The position numbers and the translations under genes were made by a program. Below the pieces are notes generated by a model. It was not told the origin of the DNA. It saw nothing but the letters and a program-made list of their open reading frames with translations, and did no database searches. From Candidatus Heimdallarchaeota archaeon (lineage in GTDB: Archaea; Asgardarchaeota; Heimdallarchaeia; JABLTI01), in the NCBI GenBank assembly GCA_019058275.1, contig JAHLVW010000066.1, forward strand, positions 160,001 to 224,000: a stretch of DNA of 64,000 nucleotides. Direction: 5' to 3'. Shown here in pieces: positions 1 to 8,945 of this stretch (its first letter is position 1; every line of letters starts with the position of its first letter).

Positions 1-591
1 ATAATTTGATCACCAAACAGATCGATTTTGTGCAAAAACCTTGGATTTGATGGATTACTTACATCGAACGATGTTAAACCGAATTCGTCGATTTCGCAGA
101 TACAACAACACAAGTTACATCTTTTCCATAAACGCAATTCTGAAGCTTACGTTTTGTACGTAGACGCAACCATCAGAATAACAGACGTCAAGACACCCCA
201 TACTACCATCATCATATTTACCAATTTTCCCAATTATTGTTGGTAAATGAGGATCAGTAATATCTGCGATTATCATTCCATCGTCATCTGCAACAAGAAA
301 AGCTGCAGTGTCAGAAAAACAAATTTTGTGGATAGACCTGTAAATATTGCCAAAGTTATAAACTTCAACAAGTTCTTCCCAGGATCCATCACCATTATTT
401 AATGTAAGGAACTCTGGGTCGACAATTACCGGATTTACAGAATCTGATACACCGTTTAGCTCATTAGGCGCATTCGAATTTATTGGATATAAAGTGAAAC
501 AGAGAACTATAATAGAAAGCAATGTAATAAAAGCTAATCTTTTGAGCAAAGAATGCGCTCTATGTTGGTTAAATGTAAATATCCCCTTCAT
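1..591 (-). pseudogene. Secreted LVIVD-repeat beta-propeller protein, frameshifted; runs off window edge
   Basis: Signal/TM segment, then GMIIADITDPHLPTIIG (LVIVD-type repeat). ORF stops at 115, but another frame continues GLTSFDVSNPSNPRFL towards position 1. Confidence 0.6.
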
Positions 592-968
592 AGTTCTCCC
601 CCACTGAGATATATCGTGAGCGCAAGCTATAATGCTCCTCTTATTTTAAAAATATTATCATATAAAGTCTAGTCAAAAATAATTCTATTTAATAAGAACG
701 TTTAAGAAAAAAAGGATTTCTCATTAAATTACAAAAAATTGGAGGTAAGTAAAGATGACAGAATTTATGATATTGAGATTGATGTTAATTCACAAGAGTA
801 TTACTCACAATTTACCTACCTCCGAAAATAAACTATGAATAAGCTTTATTTTTTGAGATTGGTAATTTTCTTGATCACTAGTATATATAATTTGGATTAT
901 AATACAGTAAATCTAATTTCAAGTGAATTTTGTTTTCCTTACTGACCTCATTAACGAGGTAATTATGA

Positions 969-1934
969 ATGAAACAACAAATGAAAATTTCAATAAATGA
1001 ATGGAATGATTCTATTCTAAAAGAATTGGTGAAATTTACAGTTCCAATTTGGCGCGAACAGAATCCAAATATTACAGAAGTTAGGTTTGAAAATTGGTTT
1101 AAGAACTTGGAACTAGATAATCCTCCACTAGCTATTATAGCTAAAAAGAAGAATGAGCTATTAGGTTGGATTTTCTTAGTTTTCCACAATAATTCTGAAG
1201 ACGAGATTAATCCTTGGGCTTTGGGTGGGCATCCTATTATTTCACTAAATCACCTAAAGAACATAGAAATAAAAAAAGAGCTTATACTTGAAGCTATAAA
1301 ACATGCAAAAAATAAAGGAATAACTCAAGTAGATATACATTTTAGAAAAGAAGAAGGAAATGTAGAAAATCATTATGATTTCTACAACTCATTAGACTTG
1401 AGACTTATCGAGGAAAATTGTCATATGAGACAAGATGTATCCAAAACGAAAATCGAATTTGATGGATTCCCAGAATGCTTAACTCAAAGTACTGTCAAAC
1501 AAGTAGATCAGACTGAATTATAGAAATGCTATTATGAATCATTCAGAAATTCAGATGACCGTTGGATGACAGATAAAACTGATGAAGAGATGAAAGACTA
1601 TTTCAATACACAAATTATCAAGAATCACTTTCCATTAATCGAAGATGCTTCTGTAGCCTTACTTAAGAATAATCAGGTTATTGCTTTTGCATTTGTACAT
1701 CAATCTCATGGAGATAAAAATGGTCAACTATGGATAATGGGTGTTCGTCCCAACTTTAGAAGACAAGGTTTTGGTAAGGGTATGTTAAATCACATAAAGA
1801 CCACACTAATAAAACAAGGCTTTGTAAGTACAAGTTTAAATGTTGATATATCCAATACTTCAGCTTATAATTTGTATCTCTCACAAGGATATGTTAAAGA
1901 TTGGACACTTGTCAATTTTGCTTGGACAAAATAG
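969..1934 (+). pseudogene. Tandem GNAT acetyltransferase interrupted by in-frame TAG (1521-1523)
   Basis: ORFs 969-1523 and 1566-1934 are in the same frame, joined by EL*KCYYESFRNSDDRWM. Second domain has the acetyl-CoA motif GVRPNFRRQGFG and NTSAYNLY. Confidence 0.75.
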
Positions 1935-1947
1935 GTTTAAAAAAACC

Positions 1948-2145
1948 TCATCCCTTTTTCATTTCAGATAATAATATTCCATTTGAGCCAATATTTTCAG
2001 GTTTGTTTTCATTTATGATTACAATAATATGCTCAAAATCTTCAGGATAACCATAAGCTTCCTTTAAAGCACTTGTTAGCATTTCAACGAGCCTTTTCTT
2101 TTGTTCTACACTTCTAGATGGTCCTTCTACTGTTATTATTGGCAT
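1948..2145 (-). CDS. dmpI: 4-oxalocrotonate tautomerase family (DmpI-like)
   Basis: MPIITVEG start gives the catalytic Pro1; EQKKRLV and VIINENKPENIG; about 65 aa. Confidence 0.85.
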   Translation of the reverse strand: MPIITVEGPSRSVEQKKRLVEMLTSALKEAYGYPEDFEHIIVIINENKPENIGSNGILLSEMKKG

Positions 2146-2284
2146 TGATATCAATCCATTTCATACTAATATCTTAATATTATACAAGTCTTAATAATAA
2201 ACTAATTTGCCCTAGATGAAGTGCACATCCTTTCACAAGAGAATTTAGTTGACAATATGAAAAGAAATTTGTATTTTAGAAAAT

Positions 2285-3199
2285 TTACTTGTCAGGGATG
2301 ATAGATTCAGCAAACCAATTGGAATCAAATGGTTTAAAGTCTGAATACTTTTGACCGACTCCAATATAGATTATTGGGGCTTTAGTAGCATAAACAACTG
2401 ATAAAGCTGTTCCACCTTTTGGATCTGCATCAACTTTAGTTAGAATACTTGCATCAATGCCAACTATCCGGTCATATTCTTCAGCTTGCAATGCTGCATC
2501 ATTACCTGTTAAAGCATCAGCAACGAAGATATTTAAGTCTGGTTCAGCTACACGTACGATTTTTTCTAATTCCCTCATCAAATTCTTATTTGTTTGTAAA
2601 CGACCAGCTGTATCTGCAATAACTACATTAATGCCTTTAGCTCTTGCATGTTGAATAGTATCATAAATCACTGCTGCAGGATCTGATCCATAATCTTGTT
2701 TTATAATTCTCACACCTAGCTTTTTACAATGTTTACTAATCTGATCTATAGCACCTGCTCTGAATGTATCACCTGCTCCAATAACTACAGTATAATTATT
2801 ATCTATAAGGAATTGAGTTAGCTTTGCAATAGTGGTTGTTTTTCCAGCACCATTTGGACCAAAAATAGCTAGGACAGTTGGCTCACCTGCTTTTTTATTC
2901 TCCTCAATTATCTTTAGTAGATCAACCTCTTCACCGGGAGATTCAAGAATATCAATTATTGCTTTCTTTAAAGCTTCAAAAGTAATTTTCTTTCTAGAAG
3001 TTAGCCTTCCAACTTTGGTTTGAATAAGAGCTTGCTCAACCTCTTTTGTAATCTTTTCAGCAATAGGAACAGCAACATTGTTAGCAATTAAAGCAAGTTG
3101 CAAATCATAAAGGTGTTTCTGTAGATTTTTTTCTGTTAATTCTTTCTGAGAAATTTTTTCTACAGCACTATCAATTCCAGATCTGAATTTTTTAAACAA
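2285..3199 (-). CDS. ftsY: SRP receptor FtsY (NG domain only)
   Basis: GPNGAGKTTTIAKL, DTFRAGA, DTAGR, TKVD, GGTALS, GVGQ motifs; conserved position after pfdA. Confidence 0.97.
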   Translation of the reverse strand: MFKKFRSGIDSAVEKISQKELTEKNLQKHLYDLQLALIANNVAVPIAEKITKEVEQALIQTKVGRLTSRKKITFEALKKAIIDILESPGEEVDLLKIIEENKKAGEPTVLAIFGPNGAGKTTTIAKLTQFLIDNNYTVVIGAGDTFRAGAIDQISKHCKKLGVRIIKQDYGSDPAAVIYDTIQHARAKGINVVIADTAGRLQTNKNLMRELEKIVRVAEPDLNIFVADALTGNDAALQAEEYDRIVGIDASILTKVDADPKGGTALSVVYATKAPIIYIGVGQKYSDFKPFDSNWFAESIIPDK

Positions 3200-3327
3200 T
3201 GATAATCAAAGCTCCAATTTTTTATTTCAATTCAATTGCTAATTATTCTTGACACAATTAGCTATTTTTAATCGAATATTTATATTATCACTTTTAATAT
3301 TACAAATTAAATAAAAAAATCTGAAAT

Positions 3328-3792
3328 TTAACTGACCAAATTTGGATCATATTGTGGTTTTGAAGGTCCTTGAAGTTGTTTGTAAATCCCTTGAGCATGT
3401 TGTTCTAAACTACTAATCCTACTAATTATTTGGTTCAATTGATCAGCTAAGTTTATTCTTTGTTCTTCAGCTTCGTTTATTCTTCCATCAATATCCTTTA
3501 TAGCTTCATCAATTGATTTTGGGACTATAACATCCGCCCCGACACTATAAAACACCTTATCAGTTTCTAGTGGTTTGGCTTTTAGCATAACTCCTGATCC
3601 AAGAGGTATCAATGTTTCTTCGATGTTCTTCTCTTCCTTTAAACCTGCAAGAGTACCTTTTGATCGAGTTAAATCTATCAAATAATTTTGTAACTTTTCA
3701 ATTTGAATCTGGATTTGTTTACCAAATTCATCATATTGTTGCAATTCTGAAGAAATCTGTTGTAATTCCTTTCTTAATTCGTCTTCACTCAT
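3328..3792 (-). CDS. pfdA: Prefoldin alpha subunit
   Basis: Coiled coils flanking ETLIPLGSG...VGADV; synteny. Confidence 0.95.
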   Translation of the reverse strand: MSEDELRKELQQISSELQQYDEFGKQIQIQIEKLQNYLIDLTRSKGTLAGLKEEKNIEETLIPLGSGVMLKAKPLETDKVFYSVGADVIVPKSIDEAIKDIDGRINEAEEQRINLADQLNQIISRISSLEQHAQGIYKQLQGPSKPQYDPNLVS

Positions 3793-3847
3793 TTAGCGCA
3801 CCGATTTCAATTCTTAAGAGATTCTTTTGGTTTAAGTGAACTCTTAT

Positions 3848-4126
3848 TTATTTTGTAAGATGTATTTTCCCCTTATCATCTGAAGCAATTTCTTTGAGAA
3901 TTGGATTCTTTATTTCATCAATAGATATTTCTTTGATGGAATGAACTTTCAACAATTGTCGTGGAACTCTATGTTTACTACCAATTCTTGAATATGCTTG
4001 AGTAAGAGCATCTTTTTCAGTAATAGCTCTAACATCTACTTCATATTTGATTTTATTTTTTAGTGGCTTCTTGAAGAAAGTTATTCGGTAGTTTTTTACT
4101 TGTACTTCTTTTGACATTTCTAACAA
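3848..4126 (-). CDS. rpl18a: 50S ribosomal protein L18Ae/LX (eL20)
   Basis: YSRIGSKHRV motif; lies between eIF6 and pfdA. Confidence 0.93.
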   Translation of the reverse strand: MLEMSKEVQVKNYRITFFKKPLKNKIKYEVDVRAITEKDALTQAYSRIGSKHRVPRQLLKVHSIKEISIDEIKNPILKEIASDDKGKIHLTK

Positions 4127-4200
4127 CTCTCATTATTTTTGAACTGCTTGAACAGCTTGCATGCTGTTTTTATTATTTTTGGATAGGATGATTAATAGTG

Positions 4201-4875
4201 TTACGTACCTCTAAGAGTTTGATAAAGTCTTTGTAATTCTGGTCCTGTTGTTTCTTTACCAACAATTGCTCCTTTTGAATTCGCAAAGCAGCCAATACTA
4301 ACAAAGGGAACACCTCTGTTCATTGTTCCAACATTGACAGGAACACCTAAACTTTCGCTTAACCAGTTTAACTCCATCTCAGTTGTAAGAGGATGAGCTA
4401 TAATTCCTTTATTAGTAGATAATGCATGAGAACCTACAAGGGGTGATTTTATGATATTACCTTTTTCAACATCTACTTCAAGTGTATCTTTAATAGTTCT
4501 TACAGCGTTAGGTTCGAATTTTTCGTGAATAATTGCTCCATTGTCGTTTGTCACGATACAATTACCTAAGCAAGTTATTTTGCTTTCAACAATACCAATG
4601 TTAACTTTATCACCAAATACTGCTTCTAGTTTTTCAAGCTCTCGAGGAGCAACAATATGTGGCAGTAAAATTCCTTTTGAATTTGCTGCAATTAGAATTC
4701 CTACTAAAGATGTATCACCTATATTTAGTTTTGAGAGTGGTACTTCTAAAGCATTGGTTATTGCTTCTATTGCTTTATTGGTCCAAAGCTCTGAAACAAT
4801 TGCGAATTTATCAGTGACAACTCCAAATGCACCTACTGAAACTAAGCCATTTACAGATGTTCTGATAATATTCAT
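4201..4875 (-). CDS. eif6: Translation initiation factor 6
   Basis: LVGILIAANSKGILLP, LGNCIVTND, GTMNRG, TTGPEL motifs. Confidence 0.97.
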   Translation of the reverse strand: MNIIRTSVNGLVSVGAFGVVTDKFAIVSELWTNKAIEAITNALEVPLSKLNIGDTSLVGILIAANSKGILLPHIVAPRELEKLEAVFGDKVNIGIVESKITCLGNCIVTNDNGAIIHEKFEPNAVRTIKDTLEVDVEKGNIIKSPLVGSHALSTNKGIIAHPLTTEMELNWLSESLGVPVNVGTMNRGVPFVSIGCFANSKGAIVGKETTGPELQRLYQTLRGT

Positions 4876-5078
4876 TTTAATACACCAATTATTCTTAATC
4901 TAATATTAATCACTAAATTCCTACAATAACGACTAATAGTATAGGTTTCTCATTTTGCCTCGAACTAGAAATGAATATTTAAATCATTGCGAAAGAACGA
5001 GTTTTTAATGAAAGTGACTACTTACAATTAACTACGCATAGAGAGAAATTTAAACAATGGATGTTCAAGTAAATAATT

Positions 5079-6005
5079 ATGGCAAAACTAAAGGTTGTTT
5101 CAGTCTCTCATCAAATTGATCCAGATGGAATAGGTTCTCAAGCAATCATCTGTAGATATTTTAAGGAATTAAAAATAGAACCTATATGTTTCCTAGCAGA
5201 TTACTACAATTTTGAGGAAATTCTGAAGAAAGCTATTGCAGAGAAACCCAATGTTCTAATAGTTAGTGATATAGGTTTGAATAGTAGAATACTTCACAAC
5301 ATAATAGAACCTCTACGAAAGCTGAAAGCTCGGAAAATTTGGATTGATCATCACAAAGCACCAACAGAACTGAAAATTTTGCTAACTGAAGTTTTAGATG
5401 AATTCATACATGATACCACTGTTGCAGCAGCTGATTTAGTATGCAAACGTTTTATGCCAAATGATAAGATATCAAAACAAATAGCTCAAATAGGTCATAA
5501 TGGTGATTTTGACATACATGATAGACTTACCAATGTTTTTTACACTCTCATTGATTTTCATCGATTGTCTATGAAGGATTTAGAACGAATTAGAGAGATA
5601 TTTATTAGAGGTGATTTTGAAGAACCTTCAGTTTTTGAAGAATATTTAGAAGCCTATAAAATGTTTGAAGCAGAAAGGGATAGAATTCGAAATAATCTGA
5701 AAGTGCTTACAATTTCAGGTAAAACGGTTGCTATTGCAGAATCTGCATTGTTACCAAGAGGTAAGGTAACTAAATTCCTATCAGAAATCTGTAAAGAAGA
5801 TATTTTACTAGCAATTGATACCACTAATTTTAGAATTGGACTAAGAAGCGATAATTGTGATGTAGCAGCAGTTGCTGCTAAATTTGGAGGTGGAGGACAT
5901 ATACACCGTTCAGGATTCACATACAAAGATACACTAACTGAAGATAACGAATTATCACCTGAATTTCTCAAAGCTATAAAAGAGGCCATTTCCGAAAACA
6001 TATAG
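5079..6005 (+). CDS. DHH/DHHA1 family phosphoesterase
   Basis: SHQIDPDG, SDIG, WIDHH and GGGGH motifs. Confidence 0.9.
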   Translation: MAKLKVVSVSHQIDPDGIGSQAIICRYFKELKIEPICFLADYYNFEEILKKAIAEKPNVLIVSDIGLNSRILHNIIEPLRKLKARKIWIDHHKAPTELKILLTEVLDEFIHDTTVAAADLVCKRFMPNDKISKQIAQIGHNGDFDIHDRLTNVFYTLIDFHRLSMKDLERIREIFIRGDFEEPSVFEEYLEAYKMFEAERDRIRNNLKVLTISGKTVAIAESALLPRGKVTKFLSEICKEDILLAIDTTNFRIGLRSDNCDVAAVAAKFGGGGHIHRSGFTYKDTLTEDNELSPEFLKAIKEAISENI

Positions 6006-6069
6006 CTTTTCTAGTTGAGAAGTAATTTTATTTATGTGAAAGTCTAATTGGATATATTCAAAGATAGAG

Positions 6070-7161
6070 ATGGATAGAATGATAGTAGATCGCCAAAAAA
6101 AATTAAAGGGTTTGATGGAATCAACAGGCTCTGATTGCTTGATTCTATTTGCAGGTGTTGATTTATTCTACGCAACTGGATTAATGACTCATGCAAGTGA
6201 AAGATTAACATGTTCAATAATACCTCAAGAAAGTGAACCAATTCTAATCTGTCCAAGTTTTGAGAAGAGTAGAATGGAAAAAGGTATTCAAACAGGATCT
6301 ATCAGAACTTGGGAAGAAGATGAAAATCCATTTCAAATGTTGGTAGCTATAATAAAGGAATTGGAAATTGACAATAAGAACATATCATTAGATAATAAAT
6401 TATGGTTTGATTGGTTTCTCAGAATAAGCGAACAACTCCCAAAAGCAAATTTCGTAAATGCTACAGACATTGTGCAAGTAGCTAGACTAGTTAAAACTGA
6501 AGATGAGATTGTTTTAATGCGAGAAGCAACCAAAATAGCTTCCGATTCAATCATTAAGACCTTCGATCAAGTTACACCAGGAATGACTGAAACTGACGTT
6601 TCAAAAATAATCCAAGAAGAATTATCGAAAGCTTGTAGACCTGCCTTTGGGTTAGTACAATCGGGTCCTAATTCAGCTCTTCCACATGGTTCCCCAACTG
6701 GACGAACAATTGAGAAAAACGATGTGTTGCTAATTGATGCTGGTCCAATTTACAAAGGTTATTATGGTGACATAACGATTACCTCTGTAATTGGTGAACC
6801 TTCTGGAAAATTCAAGAAAATCTATGATAGTGTCTATAGAGCCAATAGAGCATCTTTTGAAACCTCAAAAGAAGGTGTGAAATGTGAAGATGTCGATAAG
6901 GCTGCAAGAGAAGTCATTACAAAAGATGGATATGATAAGTACTTCACTCACAGATTAGGTCATGGAATTGGTATCGAAGGGCATGAAGCACCTTACATGG
7001 TTAATGGAAATAAGCTAGTGCTAAAAGAGGGAATGTGTCATACAGTAGAACCTGGAATTTATATCGAAGGAGAATTTGGAGTAAGAATAGAAGACGACGT
7101 AGTTGTAAGAAAAGACACTTGTGAATTTCTTTATGAAACTCCAAGATTTTTGTGGAAATAA
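6070..7161 (+). CDS. pepQ: Xaa-Pro peptidase (M24)
   Basis: Creatinase N-domain; LIDAG, GDIT, HRLGHGIG-HEAP, TVEPGIY, GVRIEDD. Confidence 0.93.
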   Translation: MDRMIVDRQKKLKGLMESTGSDCLILFAGVDLFYATGLMTHASERLTCSIIPQESEPILICPSFEKSRMEKGIQTGSIRTWEEDENPFQMLVAIIKELEIDNKNISLDNKLWFDWFLRISEQLPKANFVNATDIVQVARLVKTEDEIVLMREATKIASDSIIKTFDQVTPGMTETDVSKIIQEELSKACRPAFGLVQSGPNSALPHGSPTGRTIEKNDVLLIDAGPIYKGYYGDITITSVIGEPSGKFKKIYDSVYRANRASFETSKEGVKCEDVDKAAREVITKDGYDKYFTHRLGHGIGIEGHEAPYMVNGNKLVLKEGMCHTVEPGIYIEGEFGVRIEDDVVVRKDTCEFLYETPRFLWK

Positions 7162-7193
7162 TTCAAAGTTTATTGCACTTCCAGGGTGAAAAA

Positions 7194-7676
7194 TTGAGTA
7201 ACAATAAGGGAACATATCTTCTTTTTTTAGAAGTAAAAGAAGACATTACGATCGAGATAGGTTCTCTTGAAAACAACCATTTCCAAGAGAGCAATTACAT
7301 TTATGTTGGATCAGCCCTAAGTCCAGGTCGTTTTAAAAAAAGGTTAGATCGTCATAAAAGGAAAGAAAAGAAGATTTTTTGACATATTGATTATCTTTTA
7401 GGAGATGAAAAATGTACAATTAAGGCTATTGGAAATTTAACTTCTGATGAGAAAATCGAATGTGTATTGAACTCAAACATAAGAACAATTTTTTCTGAAG
7501 ATGTAATTTATCCTATCAAAGGTTTTGGATCATCTGATTGTAAGTGCGAAAGCCATTTGTCATTAATTAGGAATTTAACTATTGAAAACATTATAGAAAC
7601 TATTCAAAAAAAACTTGATTTTCAATTGGATTTTGTAAAAGCTAAATCTTCAACTTTTAATCTCAGTAGTTCTTAA
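7194..7676 (+). pseudogene. GIY-YIG (DUF123/Uri-type) endonuclease interrupted by in-frame TGA at conserved Trp
   Basis: GTYLL..YIYVGSA, RLDRH, KKIF*HIDYL (family motif WHIDYL), GFGSSDCKCESHL all in one frame. TTG start after GGTGA. Confidence 0.8.
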
Positions 7677-7753
7677 TGAGAACTCTTTTATTTCTTAAAC
7701 AATCTACAATAAATGCTGAAGTATTAGTATAAAAGCGAGATTTGGTTATTATA

Positions 7754-8323
7754 ATGTCTGAAGTTGATACAATAGTATATTTCAAAGAACCAGGAAAAGC
7801 TAATACAGAAAAAGCATTAAAATTAGCATATGAGTATTCAGAAGAATACAAAATCCCTAAAGTTGTGATTGCTACTTCTAAAGGTGCAACTGCATCTAAA
7901 GCATTAGATATTTTTACTGATCTAGAAAAACTAGTAGTTGTAACACATGTTTTTGGTTTTATCAAACCTGGCAAAAATGAAATGGACCAAGATTTATTGG
8001 AATTGCTAAAAAAGAAAAATATTGCAGTACTCACTACAACACATGCTTTTGCAGGAATAGATAGAGCAATTCGTAGAAAACTTGGGACTTGGCAAATCGC
8101 AGAATTAGTAGCTGAAGTGTACAGGACTTTTGGACAAGGAACAAAAGTTTGTGCAGAAATAGTACTAATGGCAGCTGATGCGGGACTAATTCCAATAGAT
8201 CAAGATGTTTTAGCTGTAGGCGGTACGGGACGTGGAGCTGATACAGTCTGGCAAATATCACCAGCAAATACATTTAACTTCTTAGACTTAAAAATGAAGA
8301 TATGTTTATGTAAACCAATGTAA
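7754..8323 (+). CDS. Pyruvate kinase C-terminal-like domain protein (MTH1675-like)
   Basis: YFKEPGKANT, FGQGTKVCAEIVLMAADAG, GGTGRGADT. Confidence 0.88.
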   Translation: MSEVDTIVYFKEPGKANTEKALKLAYEYSEEYKIPKVVIATSKGATASKALDIFTDLEKLVVVTHVFGFIKPGKNEMDQDLLELLKKKNIAVLTTTHAFAGIDRAIRRKLGTWQIAELVAEVYRTFGQGTKVCAEIVLMAADAGLIPIDQDVLAVGGTGRGADTVWQISPANTFNFLDLKMKICLCKPM

Positions 8324-8326
8324 TGT

Positions 8327-8794
8327 CTAATGAAACCTTTCTGCTGCATTCTTCAAATAATCTCTAGCATTATCTCGAGAGCCTTGTTTAAGTATCATTT
8401 CTTTGAAATATTGATATTTATCATCAGTTAAATCGAATTTTTCTTTTAGTAGATTCTTAATTTCAGTTTCGGAATAGTCTCGAGGTAATTCAGCAATATA
8501 TTCTGCAACGTCAAGAATCGAAGCATCTTTCATAATTTCTTTTTTAGGTTCACCAAAAATTTGTTTTGAAAGAGTTTCATGGTCATCATTCCACGTTCGA
8601 ATAATTATTTCAAAATGCTCTCCACCTTGTTTCGGGAAAACTTGAATTTCTAAGGATCTATCGTCATTACGTAAACTATAACCAAAACAATCTTCTAAAC
8701 TATCTTTTTTTAACTCAACCCTTTCTTCAAATCTGTTTAGAAGAGTTTCTACCTCAGTATTGGAATTCAAATGAAAAACTAATTCCTTTACCAA
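8327..8794 (-). CDS. Hypothetical cytoplasmic protein, paralogue of 11047-11496
   Basis: TTG start after GGTGA; near-ungapped alignment to 11047-11496. Confidence 0.8.
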   Translation of the reverse strand: MVKELVFHLNSNTEVETLLNRFEERVELKKDSLEDCFGYSLRNDDRSLEIQVFPKQGGEHFEIIIRTWNDDHETLSKQIFGEPKKEIMKDASILDVAEYIAELPRDYSETEIKNLLKEKFDLTDDKYQYFKEMILKQGSRDNARDYLKNAAERFH

Positions 8795-8896
8795 ACAGTT
8801 TCACCAAAATCATATTCTTTAGGTCAATGCTATTATTTATCATTGGTTCATCCTTCTATTTAACTAATTAGGTATTTTTCATAAAAGCGCAATAAT

Positions 8897-8932
8897 AAAA
8901 AAAAAGTAGGAATTTGGAGAACCAAAATTCCT
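8897..8932 (-). terminator. Hairpin plus U-tract after the PLD gene
   Basis: aggaatttgg / ccaaaattcct imperfect inverted repeat, with an A-run at 8897-8905 (U-tract on minus strand). Confidence 0.5.
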
Positions 8933-8945
8933 TCTGTTTTATAGT

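Noticed and set aside
755-783. SECIS-like AUGA...GA hairpin
   Set aside because: The helix above the putative quartet does not pair, and no Cys-aligned UGA gene is nearby.
878-1189. Short ORFs overlapping longer genes (also 4541-4903, 5654-6001, 7663-8034, 19354-19734, 28291-28734, 59429-59785 and similar)
   Set aside because: They overlap well-supported genes on the opposite strand or in another frame and have no motifs.
1521-7382. Genome-wide stop-codon reassignment (TAG to Pyl/Tyr/Gln, or TGA to Trp/Sec)
   Set aside because: Conserved genes end at their expected C-termini with TAG (pan, pckA) and TGA (korA, korB, tautomerase), and TGG is used for Trp throughout. The TGA at 7380 aligns with Trp, not Cys.
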